A stretch of DNA of 64,000 nucleotides. It comes from a virus (lineage: Duplodnaviria; Caudoviricetes). The stretch is from positions 128,001 through 192,000 of IMG/VR virus record IMGVR_UViG_3300042090_001530; one strand, written 5' to 3'. The notes beneath the pieces are model-generated. The model did not search any database. It was given only the letters and a program-made list of their open reading frames with translations, and was not told the DNA's origin. The position numbers were made by a program, and so were the translations under genes. Positions 44,012 to 51,660 of this stretch are shown here, piece by piece. Numbering within the stretch: the first letter of the stretch is position 1; each line of letters opens with the position of its first letter.

Positions 44012-44864
44012 GACGCCGCCTTCTTTAGGGTCACCCAGGGTGCAAGCTGCCCGTCGATGATGACGCAGTCGCAGTCCGTGCAGCGTTCCTCGTTGGAGCG
44101 CACGGGGACTGAGGAGAACCGCTGATGGTCTCTCTTGAGGTGCCCGCAGTAACTGCACCGCCACAGTCGACCGATCATGCCGAGCTTCCGGATGGGCGGC
44201 GCATCTTCGGGCTCGGGGCCGGACTCGGCGATGGCCAGCTCCGGCGCCGCGTCTTCGGGTGGCGCGTCCTGTGGTTCGGGACTGACCCAGGGCATTGTCA
44301 GCCCTCCTTCTGCATGTTGCCGTCGTCGATGAGTTTGATGATCTGCTCGAACACCTCGCCCATACCCGGCCCGGCACCAGCCTGCCGCCAGTATTCGGCG
44401 ATGGCGCGGATCTCGTTGAGCCGCGTGGTGAGCCGTTCGATCTCCCGGCCCATCGCAGCGCGCGCGTTGTCGAGTCCACGGACTGCGTCGGCGAGGGGAA
44501 TCACGCCGCAGTTGTCGAGGTGCTCGCAGGCGTCCTGGACGCCGCTCCAGTCGACGGTGGTTTCAGTGTCGGCCATGTTCCATTCTCTCGCGGAGTAGGG
44601 GTCTGACGTGCCATTTTCGGCGGATTGGGGACGGCTGAGGCTCATCTAGCCGGCCTGGTCAGCGCCAGATTTCGACGCTGCTGTACTCGCGGCCGAGCGA
44701 GTCCGCGACCCGGTGCGCGACCTTTCGGGCGTCGGCGTCACTGTCGGCGGTGATCCGGCGGCGGGTGGTCTCACCGTTCGGGTGGGCGATGGATGCGGTG
44801 TAGAAGTACACGGTCGGCTCCTCAGGTCGAATCGGGTAGATCCGGGATGTCGCGTCTGGCGGGG

Positions 44865-45593
44865 TCAAGCCTTGATGGCGCCGGTCCAGATCTCGCGCGC
44901 TTCCCGCTGCATGTCTCTGCGCGCGTACGGCCCGGGAAATATGGCCTCCATGCTCCGCTTCGCGCGTGCGCACAGTGCGCGGCACAGCAGGTAGTTGACG
45001 CTGCCGATGCCGAACTGCGCCAGCGCCCAGTGCGCGGTCACGGCCAGACCGTCGCCGTTGGCCCGCAGGCCCACCCAGCGGGCTTCGTCATCCGTCACCG
45101 CGATCGAGGCGAGCGGGCCGAATCCGAGACGGTCGGCGTACTGGCCGTACCGGCTGCGCACGACGTCGATCGTCTCGCGCCGGTAGCAGTCAATGATTGC
45201 CCCGACCGCGCGGGACGCATCGTCCGACAGGGCCGGTTCGACCTTCAGCCACACGCCGTGCTCAGCGGGCTCGAACGCCGCAGCGTGGGGGATGGTCGGC
45301 CGCTGCCAGCGCAGCCGGTGACTGCGGCCGCCGAGCGGGAATCCTTCGGCGGCGACCAGTTCTTTCACGATCGGCGCCCAGGCGTTCGCGGCCTCGTCGC
45401 GGGTGGTCCAGCGATGAAGCGCCGAGTAGTGGCGCAGGACGAACCGCTGCACTTTTTCGGCGGGAGTCTCGTCGGGGACAGTGAGCACGAGCATGTCGGA
45501 CCTGTCCGCCCGGATCGCGGACTTCGGGCCGGTCACGCGCCGCAGGGTGATGCCCGCGACAGTGACCAGGCTGCTGGAGTTCGTGACGGTCAT
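44865..45593 (-). CDS. YgjP/DUF45 (M48-like) protein lacking the HExxH motif
   Basis: LTVP...FVLRH..ALHRW, EGFPLGGRSHRL, YADRLG, RW.G, HWALAQF..GSVNYLLCRALC where HELxH is expected. Confidence 0.55.
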   Translation of the reverse strand: MTVTNSSSLVTVAGITLRRVTGPKSAIRADRSDMLVLTVPDETPAEKVQRFVLRHYSALHRWTTRDEAANAWAPIVKELVAAEGFPLGGRSHRLRWQRPTIPHAAAFEPAEHGVWLKVEPALSDDASRAVGAIIDCYRRETIDVVRSRYGQYADRLGFGPLASIAVTDDEARWVGLRANGDGLAVTAHWALAQFGIGSVNYLLCRALCARAKRSMEAIFPGPYARRDMQREAREIWTGAIKA

Positions 45594-46213
45594 CGGGCGC
45601 TCAGGCTGCGGCCGTGCTCGTCGGTGATGCCGTCATAGAACCGGACGTTCCAGTAGTCGGCCTGGGTGTCGGAACCGTCGTAGTTGTAGGCGTTCATGAG
45701 GCCCTTCAGTTCGCGGACGGGCGCGGTCAGTTCGGGGGACTGGGTCCAGGTCGGGTGCCCGTGCCGCTCGGCCGGGATCTTCCAGGCTTCGGGGATGTTG
45801 ATCAGGGTGATGTCGATCGAGCAGCCGCCGGAGAAGCGCTCCGAACGCACGGAGATCTTGAGGTCGGCGGGGGCGTCGCCGATCGGGTCGATGAGCTTAA
45901 GGTCGGCGGCCTGCTTGCCGAGCGGCGTCGCCTTGGCGGCCTTGCGGATCAACTTGATCTCGTCGCGGATGAGTTTGGAGATCTCAGCGACGTTCAGCTT
46001 CGACGTGGCGGCGTACTTCGCGCCGTACCAGATCGTGTCGATGAACTCGGCGCCGGACGTCGCCGCTGCGGCCAGGCGCTCCAGGATGCGCTCAAGGGCG
46101 ACCCTGGCGAGGGCCGCCTCGTGGACCGGGGTGTTGGGGTGCTCGGCCAGGGCGCGGAGCTTCTCGATGCGACCTTCGATACCGGTCTTCTTCGCGGTCT
46201 TCGTGGCAGGCAT
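45590..46213 (-). CDS. Polyvalent-type protein: DUF2786-like N-terminus + LPD29-like domain
   Basis: RIEKLRALAEHPNTPVHEAALA; ISVRSERFSGGCSIDI; AYNYDGSDTQADYWNVRFY. Confidence 0.7.
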   Translation of the reverse strand: MPATKTAKKTGIEGRIEKLRALAEHPNTPVHEAALARVALERILERLAAAATSGAEFIDTIWYGAKYAATSKLNVAEISKLIRDEIKLIRKAAKATPLGKQAADLKLIDPIGDAPADLKISVRSERFSGGCSIDITLINIPEAWKIPAERHGHPTWTQSPELTAPVRELKGLMNAYNYDGSDTQADYWNVRFYDGITDEHGRSLSAR

Positions 46214-46233
46214 CCCGGGCTCCTTTGTCGTTG

Positions 46234-46304
46234 TTTCTGTAATACATATACTAGCTCTGGGCGCACCCTTCCGCAACCGATTCCCTTGGATTTCTGTATT
46301 ACAT
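46234..46304. promoter_or_regulatory. Paired operator-like repeats in the divergent intergenic region
   Basis: TTTCTGTAATACAT (46234-46247) and TTTCTGTATTACAT (46291-46304), each with the palindromic core TGTAwTACA. Confidence 0.6.
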
Positions 46305-46320
46305 CTGCCAGACTGGGAGT

Positions 46321-46575
46321 ATGGGACGACCGGCAACCGGACAGACGCCCGTGCGCACCGTACGCATCGGCGACGCATGGGACGAGGCGCGCGCGAACGC
46401 GGAAGCCGACGGCGAGAAGTTCGCCGAAGTCCTCGAACGACTCCTGCGGCGCTACAACACCGCGGCGGCCAGGCGCCGGAAGCTGGCCACTCAGCAGGTC
46501 CATCACCTCGACGGCGACCCGCGCAACAACGACGTCGCCAACTTGGAGCTGCGCGACCAGCCCGACGCGCCGTAG
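46321..46575 (+). CDS. Ribbon-helix-helix-like regulator with C-terminal HNH-like remnant
   Basis: MGRPATGQTPVRTVRIGDAWDEA; tail QVHHLDGDPRNNDVANLEL. Confidence 0.65.
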   Translation: MGRPATGQTPVRTVRIGDAWDEARANAEADGEKFAEVLERLLRRYNTAAARRRKLATQQVHHLDGDPRNNDVANLELRDQPDAP

Positions 46576-46732
46576 CCACGTGCGCCTGCTGTCGCCCTAC
46601 GGCGCACGTGTGGCCACTGCGGATCCCGATAGGCGCACGGCCCGGTCTCGGTATCGCATACGTCTGACGATCTACCTGCGCCGCAGGTAGGTTGCCCCCT
46701 CGGTGGATTCATCTTTTCGAGGGGGATTTCTC

Positions 46733-47308
46733 ATGCGTACTCGCGTACTCGCCGTAACTGCAGTCGCCGCGTCCGGGCTGCTGCTCGCGGGCTGCCAGCC
46801 GTCCAGCACGGTGTCCACGACCGCCGCGAATACCGGAGGCGCGAAGGCCAGCGCTGCTGCAGCGCCCGCTACGACTGCTGCCGCGGCGAAGGCGGCCGGG
46901 CTCGGCGACACCATCGACGTGACCGGCGAAACGTCGGGCGAGAAACTCGCGGTCACGCTCGTCAAGGTCGACCCTAAGGCGCAGTCGACGGACGGATTCT
47001 CGTCGCCGCCTGCTGGTGACGCGTACTTCGCGGCGCAAATCCAGATCAAGAACATCGGCACGGCCGCTTACTCTGATTCCGCGGACAACTGCCTCGCAGT
47101 GAAGGACGGCAAGGGGCAGCAGTTTCAGACCGATCTGATCAGTTCGGTTTCGTCCGGGCCTACGATGGATCAGCTGAACATCGCGCCGGGGGACACGTCG
47201 CTCGGGTGGGTCGTGTTCGATGTGCCGATCGGGGATGCGGTAGCGAAGGTCCAGTTCACAGAGGACAGCGGGATGGGCGGCGACACTGCGCAGTGGTCGA
47301 TCGGCTGA
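46733..47308 (+). CDS. DUF4352-like lipoprotein
   Basis: Lipobox LLLAGC, Ala/Thr linker, YFAAQIQIKNIG...IAPGD...GWVVFDVP. Confidence 0.75.
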   Translation: MRTRVLAVTAVAASGLLLAGCQPSSTVSTTAANTGGAKASAAAAPATTAAAAKAAGLGDTIDVTGETSGEKLAVTLVKVDPKAQSTDGFSSPPAGDAYFAAQIQIKNIGTAAYSDSADNCLAVKDGKGQQFQTDLISSVSSGPTMDQLNIAPGDTSLGWVVFDVPIGDAVAKVQFTEDSGMGGDTAQWSIG

Positions 47309-47320
47309 CGGCAGGTCTCG

Positions 47321-47364
47321 GCGGGGCGTCGTGGCGGCTTCAGGCCGCTTGCGGCGCCCCGTTT
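47321..47364. terminator. Bidirectional hairpin terminator, copy A
   Basis: GGGGCGTCG...CGGCGCCCC between convergent stops; homologous to 49562-49604. Confidence 0.6.
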
Positions 47365-47373
47365 GTTGCGTCG

Positions 47374-49089
47374 TCAGTTCGTCTTCGTGTTGGTCAGGTG
47401 CGGCCCGATATACCCGACGATCATCTTGCCGGTCAGGCCCTTCGTGTCGTCGAGGAAGTAGACGCGGGGGCTGATTGATCCTCTTCGCTCGATCTGCAGG
47501 TGCGCCTGCATGGTCGTGCTGCCGTCCGGATCCACGTCGCTGGGGACCGGGAAGACGCGTTCGTCGCCCCAGTGGGCCATGGTCGTGTCGGATTCGGACA
47601 TCGCGACCTGCGTGAGCGGCCAGCCTGCGGCGGCGCGTCCGGATCTGCAGTACTGGTAAAAGCCCGCATGGTCTGCATGCGTGGCCGCGTATCCGTCCAG
47701 TGCGCGCAGGCCCTGCCACGTTTTGGCCGCCCACACCCTGGAGCGTTCGTTTTCGTCGAGAGACAGGGCTATCTGCGCGTCGGCGGTCAGCAACACACCC
47801 GTAAGGCCCGCGGCGCGCTCGAGGAGTTCGGCGAACGAGCCTGGGGCTCCCGGCGTGTCGCTGACTGCCGCGGCGTCTGCGTGCCGCCCCTGGGCGTACA
47901 GGAGGCCGCGCAGCACCTCGGCTTCGCCGCGGCCCCGCTCCGCCTCCTCCAGTGCCCACAGAGCCTCTTCCGTGTCCGCGTCGGACTGTCCGGCGAGCAT
48001 GGCGTTCTGCTGCTCGAGCGACGCGATGGCGCGTTGCGAGAGCATGTCGGCGCGGCCGGCCTCACGCAGGTCGTCGTCGGCTTGCTTGAGGAGCGCGGTG
48101 AGGTCGGAGACTTCCTGCTGGAGGGCTTGGGCATCGACTGTGCCGCGCACGAGGTTGATCGCGGCTTGGCGGGCTTCCCGGTGGGCTTCGCCGACCTCCG
48201 GGAACGTGACCGTGCGCAACGCGTCCGGGAGCGGGGCGGCGGTGGCGAGCCGGTGCAGCGTGTTCGGCAGGGACCGCCATGCCGCGTCCGCAGGGTCCGA
48301 TAGTCGCGCGGCGGCGAGGAACCGGTGCCGGGCCGCGTCGGCTGGCCATGCCGGGTCCACGCCGGGATGGAACGTGCGGATCGAGCCGGTGGCGACCCGG
48401 TGGTCTTCGCCGATCTGCTGCCGGAACGCATGGATCGCATCCTGGTCGGCGAGCAGGTAGAGGGATGCGGCGCCAGCGCACAGCGGCATCGCGCGTTGCA
48501 TACGGTCCGACCAGACCGGTTCCGGGCTGAACGGGCGCGCCGCCACCAGCGCGGGTTTACGCCGGTCCGGGTCGCAGAGGATTTCCACGAGATCGGCCAC
48601 GTCGTACTGGCTGATCTCCTGGGTGCCGCGGGTGAGTTTCGCGGGCCCGTCTTTGGGCTGGAGCGCGGCGACGAGGGAGCGGATCAGGGCGGGCCAGCCG
48701 GGGGTGACGAGCGTGCCGGGGTTCGGGAACGCCTCGAGGCCGACGGCGACGTGCATGGCACCGTTGTCGGCGACTGCGGTGACGGTGGTGCGCCAGGTCG
48801 CGTCCGTGTTCTCTTCGCGCAACTGGAGCCGGATCGCTGCTTCGGCGCCGGCCGGGTTGTAGACGACCTGGTTGATGAGGGTCGCGGTGTCGGTCAGGGC
48901 GTGGTGGCCCGGGGCGAGTGGGGCCTGGTAGTTCTTGCCCGCGAGCCATTCGGCGGTGACCGAGCGCGTCTTGCTGAATGCGTCGGGGTTGCGGGTGGTG
49001 AACGTGGCGCGGTGCGCGAGCGGTCTGTCGGGGTCGCCCGTCGGGGTCGTCGGGGCTAGATCGGCAGGAAGGTGGCTAACCGCGGTCAT
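47374..49089 (-). CDS. Large unknown protein with coiled coil and possible C-terminal RelE-like/toxin domain
   Basis: ATG 49089; heptad region QQEVSDLTALLKQ; ends HLQIERRGSISPRVYFLDD...IVGYIGPHLTN. Confidence 0.6.
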   Translation of the reverse strand: MTAVSHLPADLAPTTPTGDPDRPLAHRATFTTRNPDAFSKTRSVTAEWLAGKNYQAPLAPGHHALTDTATLINQVVYNPAGAEAAIRLQLREENTDATWRTTVTAVADNGAMHVAVGLEAFPNPGTLVTPGWPALIRSLVAALQPKDGPAKLTRGTQEISQYDVADLVEILCDPDRRKPALVAARPFSPEPVWSDRMQRAMPLCAGAASLYLLADQDAIHAFRQQIGEDHRVATGSIRTFHPGVDPAWPADAARHRFLAAARLSDPADAAWRSLPNTLHRLATAAPLPDALRTVTFPEVGEAHREARQAAINLVRGTVDAQALQQEVSDLTALLKQADDDLREAGRADMLSQRAIASLEQQNAMLAGQSDADTEEALWALEEAERGRGEAEVLRGLLYAQGRHADAAAVSDTPGAPGSFAELLERAAGLTGVLLTADAQIALSLDENERSRVWAAKTWQGLRALDGYAATHADHAGFYQYCRSGRAAAGWPLTQVAMSESDTTMAHWGDERVFPVPSDVDPDGSTTMQAHLQIERRGSISPRVYFLDDTKGLTGKMIVGYIGPHLTNTKTN

Positions 49090-49306
49090 GGTTGTCGACT
49101 CTCGGCCGGTTCCGGCAGTGGTGAGATTGCGCGCATGGGGTCCTCCTGGCTGGGGGCTGGGTGGCACGGCTTGCGGGCCGCGTGACGCCCGATGTTCGGC
49201 TGATCTGCCGCTATACCCATTGTTGCGCAACGTGCTGACAATTTCAGGGCGACGGTGTCACTGCAGCGGTCGCCTGAGGCACGGGAAAAGCCGCTGCATC
49301 CAGCGG

Positions 49307-49552
49307 GTGGCCGACACGCGCTCGAGCGATGTGGCGTCGAGTCTGCCGTTCACGAAGACGGTGCCGCTCGATTCGAACGCCCAGTACTACAACGTGACCG
49401 CGCAGTTGTCCGGTGCCGGCCAGGTGTCGTGCACGACCGTGGTGGACTGGGACGGGCAGTCGGTGACCCAGTCCGGGCAGGCATCGGGCGGCTACAATCT
49501 CGCGGCGGCCGAGGTGTGCTCGGACTTCTCCGGCGGCTGGCAGACCTGCTGA
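49307..49552 (+). pseudogene. Probable 5'-truncated remnant of a secreted MmpS-like protein
   Basis: SLPFTKTV...TAQLSGAGQVSCTTVVD...C...C-stop; no signal peptide or RBS upstream. Confidence 0.4.
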
Positions 49553-49561
49553 GCTGTGCTG

Positions 49562-49604
49562 GCAGGGCGTCGTGGTCGCTACAGGCGGGTGCGGCGCCCC
49601 GCTT
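49562..49604. terminator. Bidirectional hairpin terminator, copy B
   Basis: GGGCGTCG...CGGCGCCCC; abuts the cas2 stop. Confidence 0.55.
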
Positions 49605-49912
49605 CACCGTCCCGGCCCGTCCGGTTCCGCCGGGTTGAGCGCGATCAGTGCGAGGCCGTCCAGGTCGACGGGAGCGCGTCGACTCTCGCCGGCCGTCTGG
49701 ATCGCGAAGCGCTGTTCGGTGTCGGCGGCGTGGACGAGTACGGCACTGCCGTCGCCGACCGACGCGGCGATCACTGCCCACAGTTCGTCGCGGACCTTCG
49801 CGGACAGCGTCCCCACGTACAGGCCGGGCGTAGGTTCGAGCATCCAACGGCTCAGGGCGCCGCGGACGTGCGGCGCGACTGCGGTCGCGCTGATGACGGT
49901 CAGGTTGCTCAC
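49604..49912 (-). CDS. cas2: Type I-E Cas2
   Basis: LTVISATAVAPHVRGALSRWMLEPTPGLYVGTLSAKVRDELW; GTGA overlap with the cas1 stop. Confidence 0.93.
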   Translation of the reverse strand: MSNLTVISATAVAPHVRGALSRWMLEPTPGLYVGTLSAKVRDELWAVIAASVGDGSAVLVHAADTEQRFAIQTAGESRRAPVDLDGLALIALNPAEPDGPGR

Positions 49913-50910
49913 GGCCCGTCCTGCCCTCGGCCGTGGTTGGTGCCGCTCGGTACCGAACCGGCTTCCGGGTCCCAGAGTTCGAATGCGTTGGCCAGTTCGA
50001 CATTGCCTGCGGGTTCGATCCCCGGTTCGAACAGGCGCTGGATGTCGCGGACGATGTTCGGCATGAGCCGGAACAGGGTCAGTCCGCGCCGGAACGCGCG
50101 CCTGGCGTCGCCTTCGGGGTCTTCGGATGCGTGCAGGGTGAACGCGAGCGGGATGGTGAGTTCGGCCTTGTACAGGTCGGCGATGTCGTACACGAACGCG
50201 TGGCTGGTGCCGGCGTGTACGAATCCGAGGCCGGGGGAGCAGCCGAGCGCGGTGATCGCGGCGTGGACGATGCCGTACAGGCACTGGTTGGCTGCGGTCA
50301 GGGCGGCGTTGACGGGGTCTTGGCTTTCCCAGTCTTCGGGGTTGTAGGAGCGGCGGAACGCGTGCAGGCCGTGCTGTTTGGCGAGGCGCCTGTAGAGGGA
50401 TTTCATCTGCCAGCCTTCCAGCCCGCGGAGCGTGCCCAGTTTGACGCCGTCGGGCAGTTGCCCTTCCGCAGTGGGGAACCGGTGGGCGTACATGCGTTTG
50501 GCGACCGTGAGCCGCTTGGCGGGGTCGGCCCAGGCGGCTGCCTGCTTTTCGAGCCAGCGGCTCGACCGGCTGGACGGGGTGATCGCGGCGTAACAGCGGA
50601 CGGTGCCCCAGCCGGTGAACACGATGGTGGTGCCGTGTCTGGCGAGGGTGGCGACTGCGGGGTTGGTGATGGAGGTTCCGGGGCCGAGGAGCAGGCAGCT
50701 GATGGCGGCGGTGGGGATGCGGAGGCGGCGTGTCGGGGCGCCGACGGCGGGGAATGCGAGGACGCCTGTGTCGTCTTGGGTGATGCGCATGAGGTCGAGG
50801 AACAGGAACGAGAGGCTGTCGCCGACGCGTGGGAGCATGGCTGCGGTGGGTGCGGCGATGCGGCGTCGGGCTTGCTGGGTGTTGGGTTGGGGTTGGTTCT
50901 CTGGGTGCAT
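49909..50910 (-). CDS. cas1: Type I-E Cas1, catalytic residues intact
   Basis: LPRVGDSLSFLFLD, LLLGPGTSIT, LRGLEG (E), LGFVH (H), FVYDIADLYK (D); likely ATG 50910. Confidence 0.95.
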   Translation of the reverse strand: MHPENQPQPNTQQARRRIAAPTAAMLPRVGDSLSFLFLDLMRITQDDTGVLAFPAVGAPTRRLRIPTAAISCLLLGPGTSITNPAVATLARHGTTIVFTGWGTVRCYAAITPSSRSSRWLEKQAAAWADPAKRLTVAKRMYAHRFPTAEGQLPDGVKLGTLRGLEGWQMKSLYRRLAKQHGLHAFRRSYNPEDWESQDPVNAALTAANQCLYGIVHAAITALGCSPGLGFVHAGTSHAFVYDIADLYKAELTIPLAFTLHASEDPEGDARRAFRRGLTLFRLMPNIVRDIQRLFEPGIEPAGNVELANAFELWDPEAGSVPSGTNHGRGQDGP

Positions 50911-51003
50911 CCGTTGTTGATAGCGCGGTTTCGCAGAGGGCTGAATGCTTGTCGCACGAACGAGTGACGTGTCGATGTTCGGCCGGTCCGGATGAGGATC
51001 TCC

Positions 51004-51460
51004 CGATCTTCCCGTGCGCTCGCGGGCCAGACCCTGGATGAAGAGGCGTCCGCGCGACCCCGACAGATCTTCCCGTGCGCTCGCGGGCCAGACCCGACGG
51101 CTCGTCATCGTCCGGCAGTGCCCTTAGATCTTCCCGTGCGCTCGCGGGCCAGACCGGAACTCGCGGCGGCCGGAGTGGTGGACGGCAGATCTTCCCGTGC
51201 GCTCGCGGGCCAGACGCGTCATCCGGCAGATAAACTCGGCCCCGTTGAGATCTTCCCGTGCGCTCGCGGGCCAGACCTGATCGGGGTGCGATCAGTCCTG
51301 CGCATTGCTAGATCTTCCCGTGCGCTCGCGGGCCAGACTGCCGCCGTCGCCGCGGAGACCGCTGCGGAGAAGATCTTCCCGTGCGCTCGCGGGCCAGACT
51401 CTCGGTCACCTGGTCGAGGTAGCCTTCGGCGAGATCTTCCCGTGCGCTCGCGGGCCAGAC
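51004..51460 (-). CRISPR. CRISPR array: 8 repeats, 7 spacers (six of 32 nt, one of 33 nt), type I-E-like 61-nt period
   Basis: Repeat on minus strand GTCTGGCCCGCGAGCGCACGGGAAGATCT; forward-strand starts 51004, 51065, 51126, 51187, 51248, 51310, 51371, 51432. The divergent copy is at 51004 (trailer) and an AT-richer leader-like segment is at 51461-51495. Confidence 0.97.
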
Positions 51461-51484
51461 AGTTCGTGGCCAGCGCAAACACTC

Positions 51485-51660
51485 TTGAGTTTTACTCACG
51501 AGTCAAGGGAAGCCGGGGGATCACTCCCCCGAGATGACCCGCCCCGTCGCCGAGACTGGCCTTCCTGCTTCGACAGCGGGGTCGAGAGCCGCCGGTCACC
51601 CGACGGACTTTGCCCACCTCCACAGGCGTTTAGACTCTCCCCGATATCCGAGGCGAGCGG
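51485..51660 (-). ncRNA. omegaRNA-like scaffold overlapping the 3' end of the dead TnpB
   Basis: GGGGAGAGTCTAAACGCCTGTGGAGG...GAAGCAGGAA...GGGGGAGTGATCCCCC hairpin, ending near TCAA (51485-51488), as in TnpB 3' ends. Confidence 0.6.

Noticed and set aside
46495-46560. Functional HNH endonuclease
   Set aside because: Only a ~20-aa HH..G...NN...NL fragment is present, lacking the distal His/Asn helix.
46577-46610. 10-bp inverted repeat CACGTGCGCC/GGCGCACGTG as a special element
   Set aside because: It lies right after a stop codon and is most simply an ordinary terminator-like hairpin.
50911-51108. N-terminal extension of Cas1 in the ORF track (start 51108)
   Set aside because: It reads through CRISPR repeats; Cas1 homology starts after ATG 50910.
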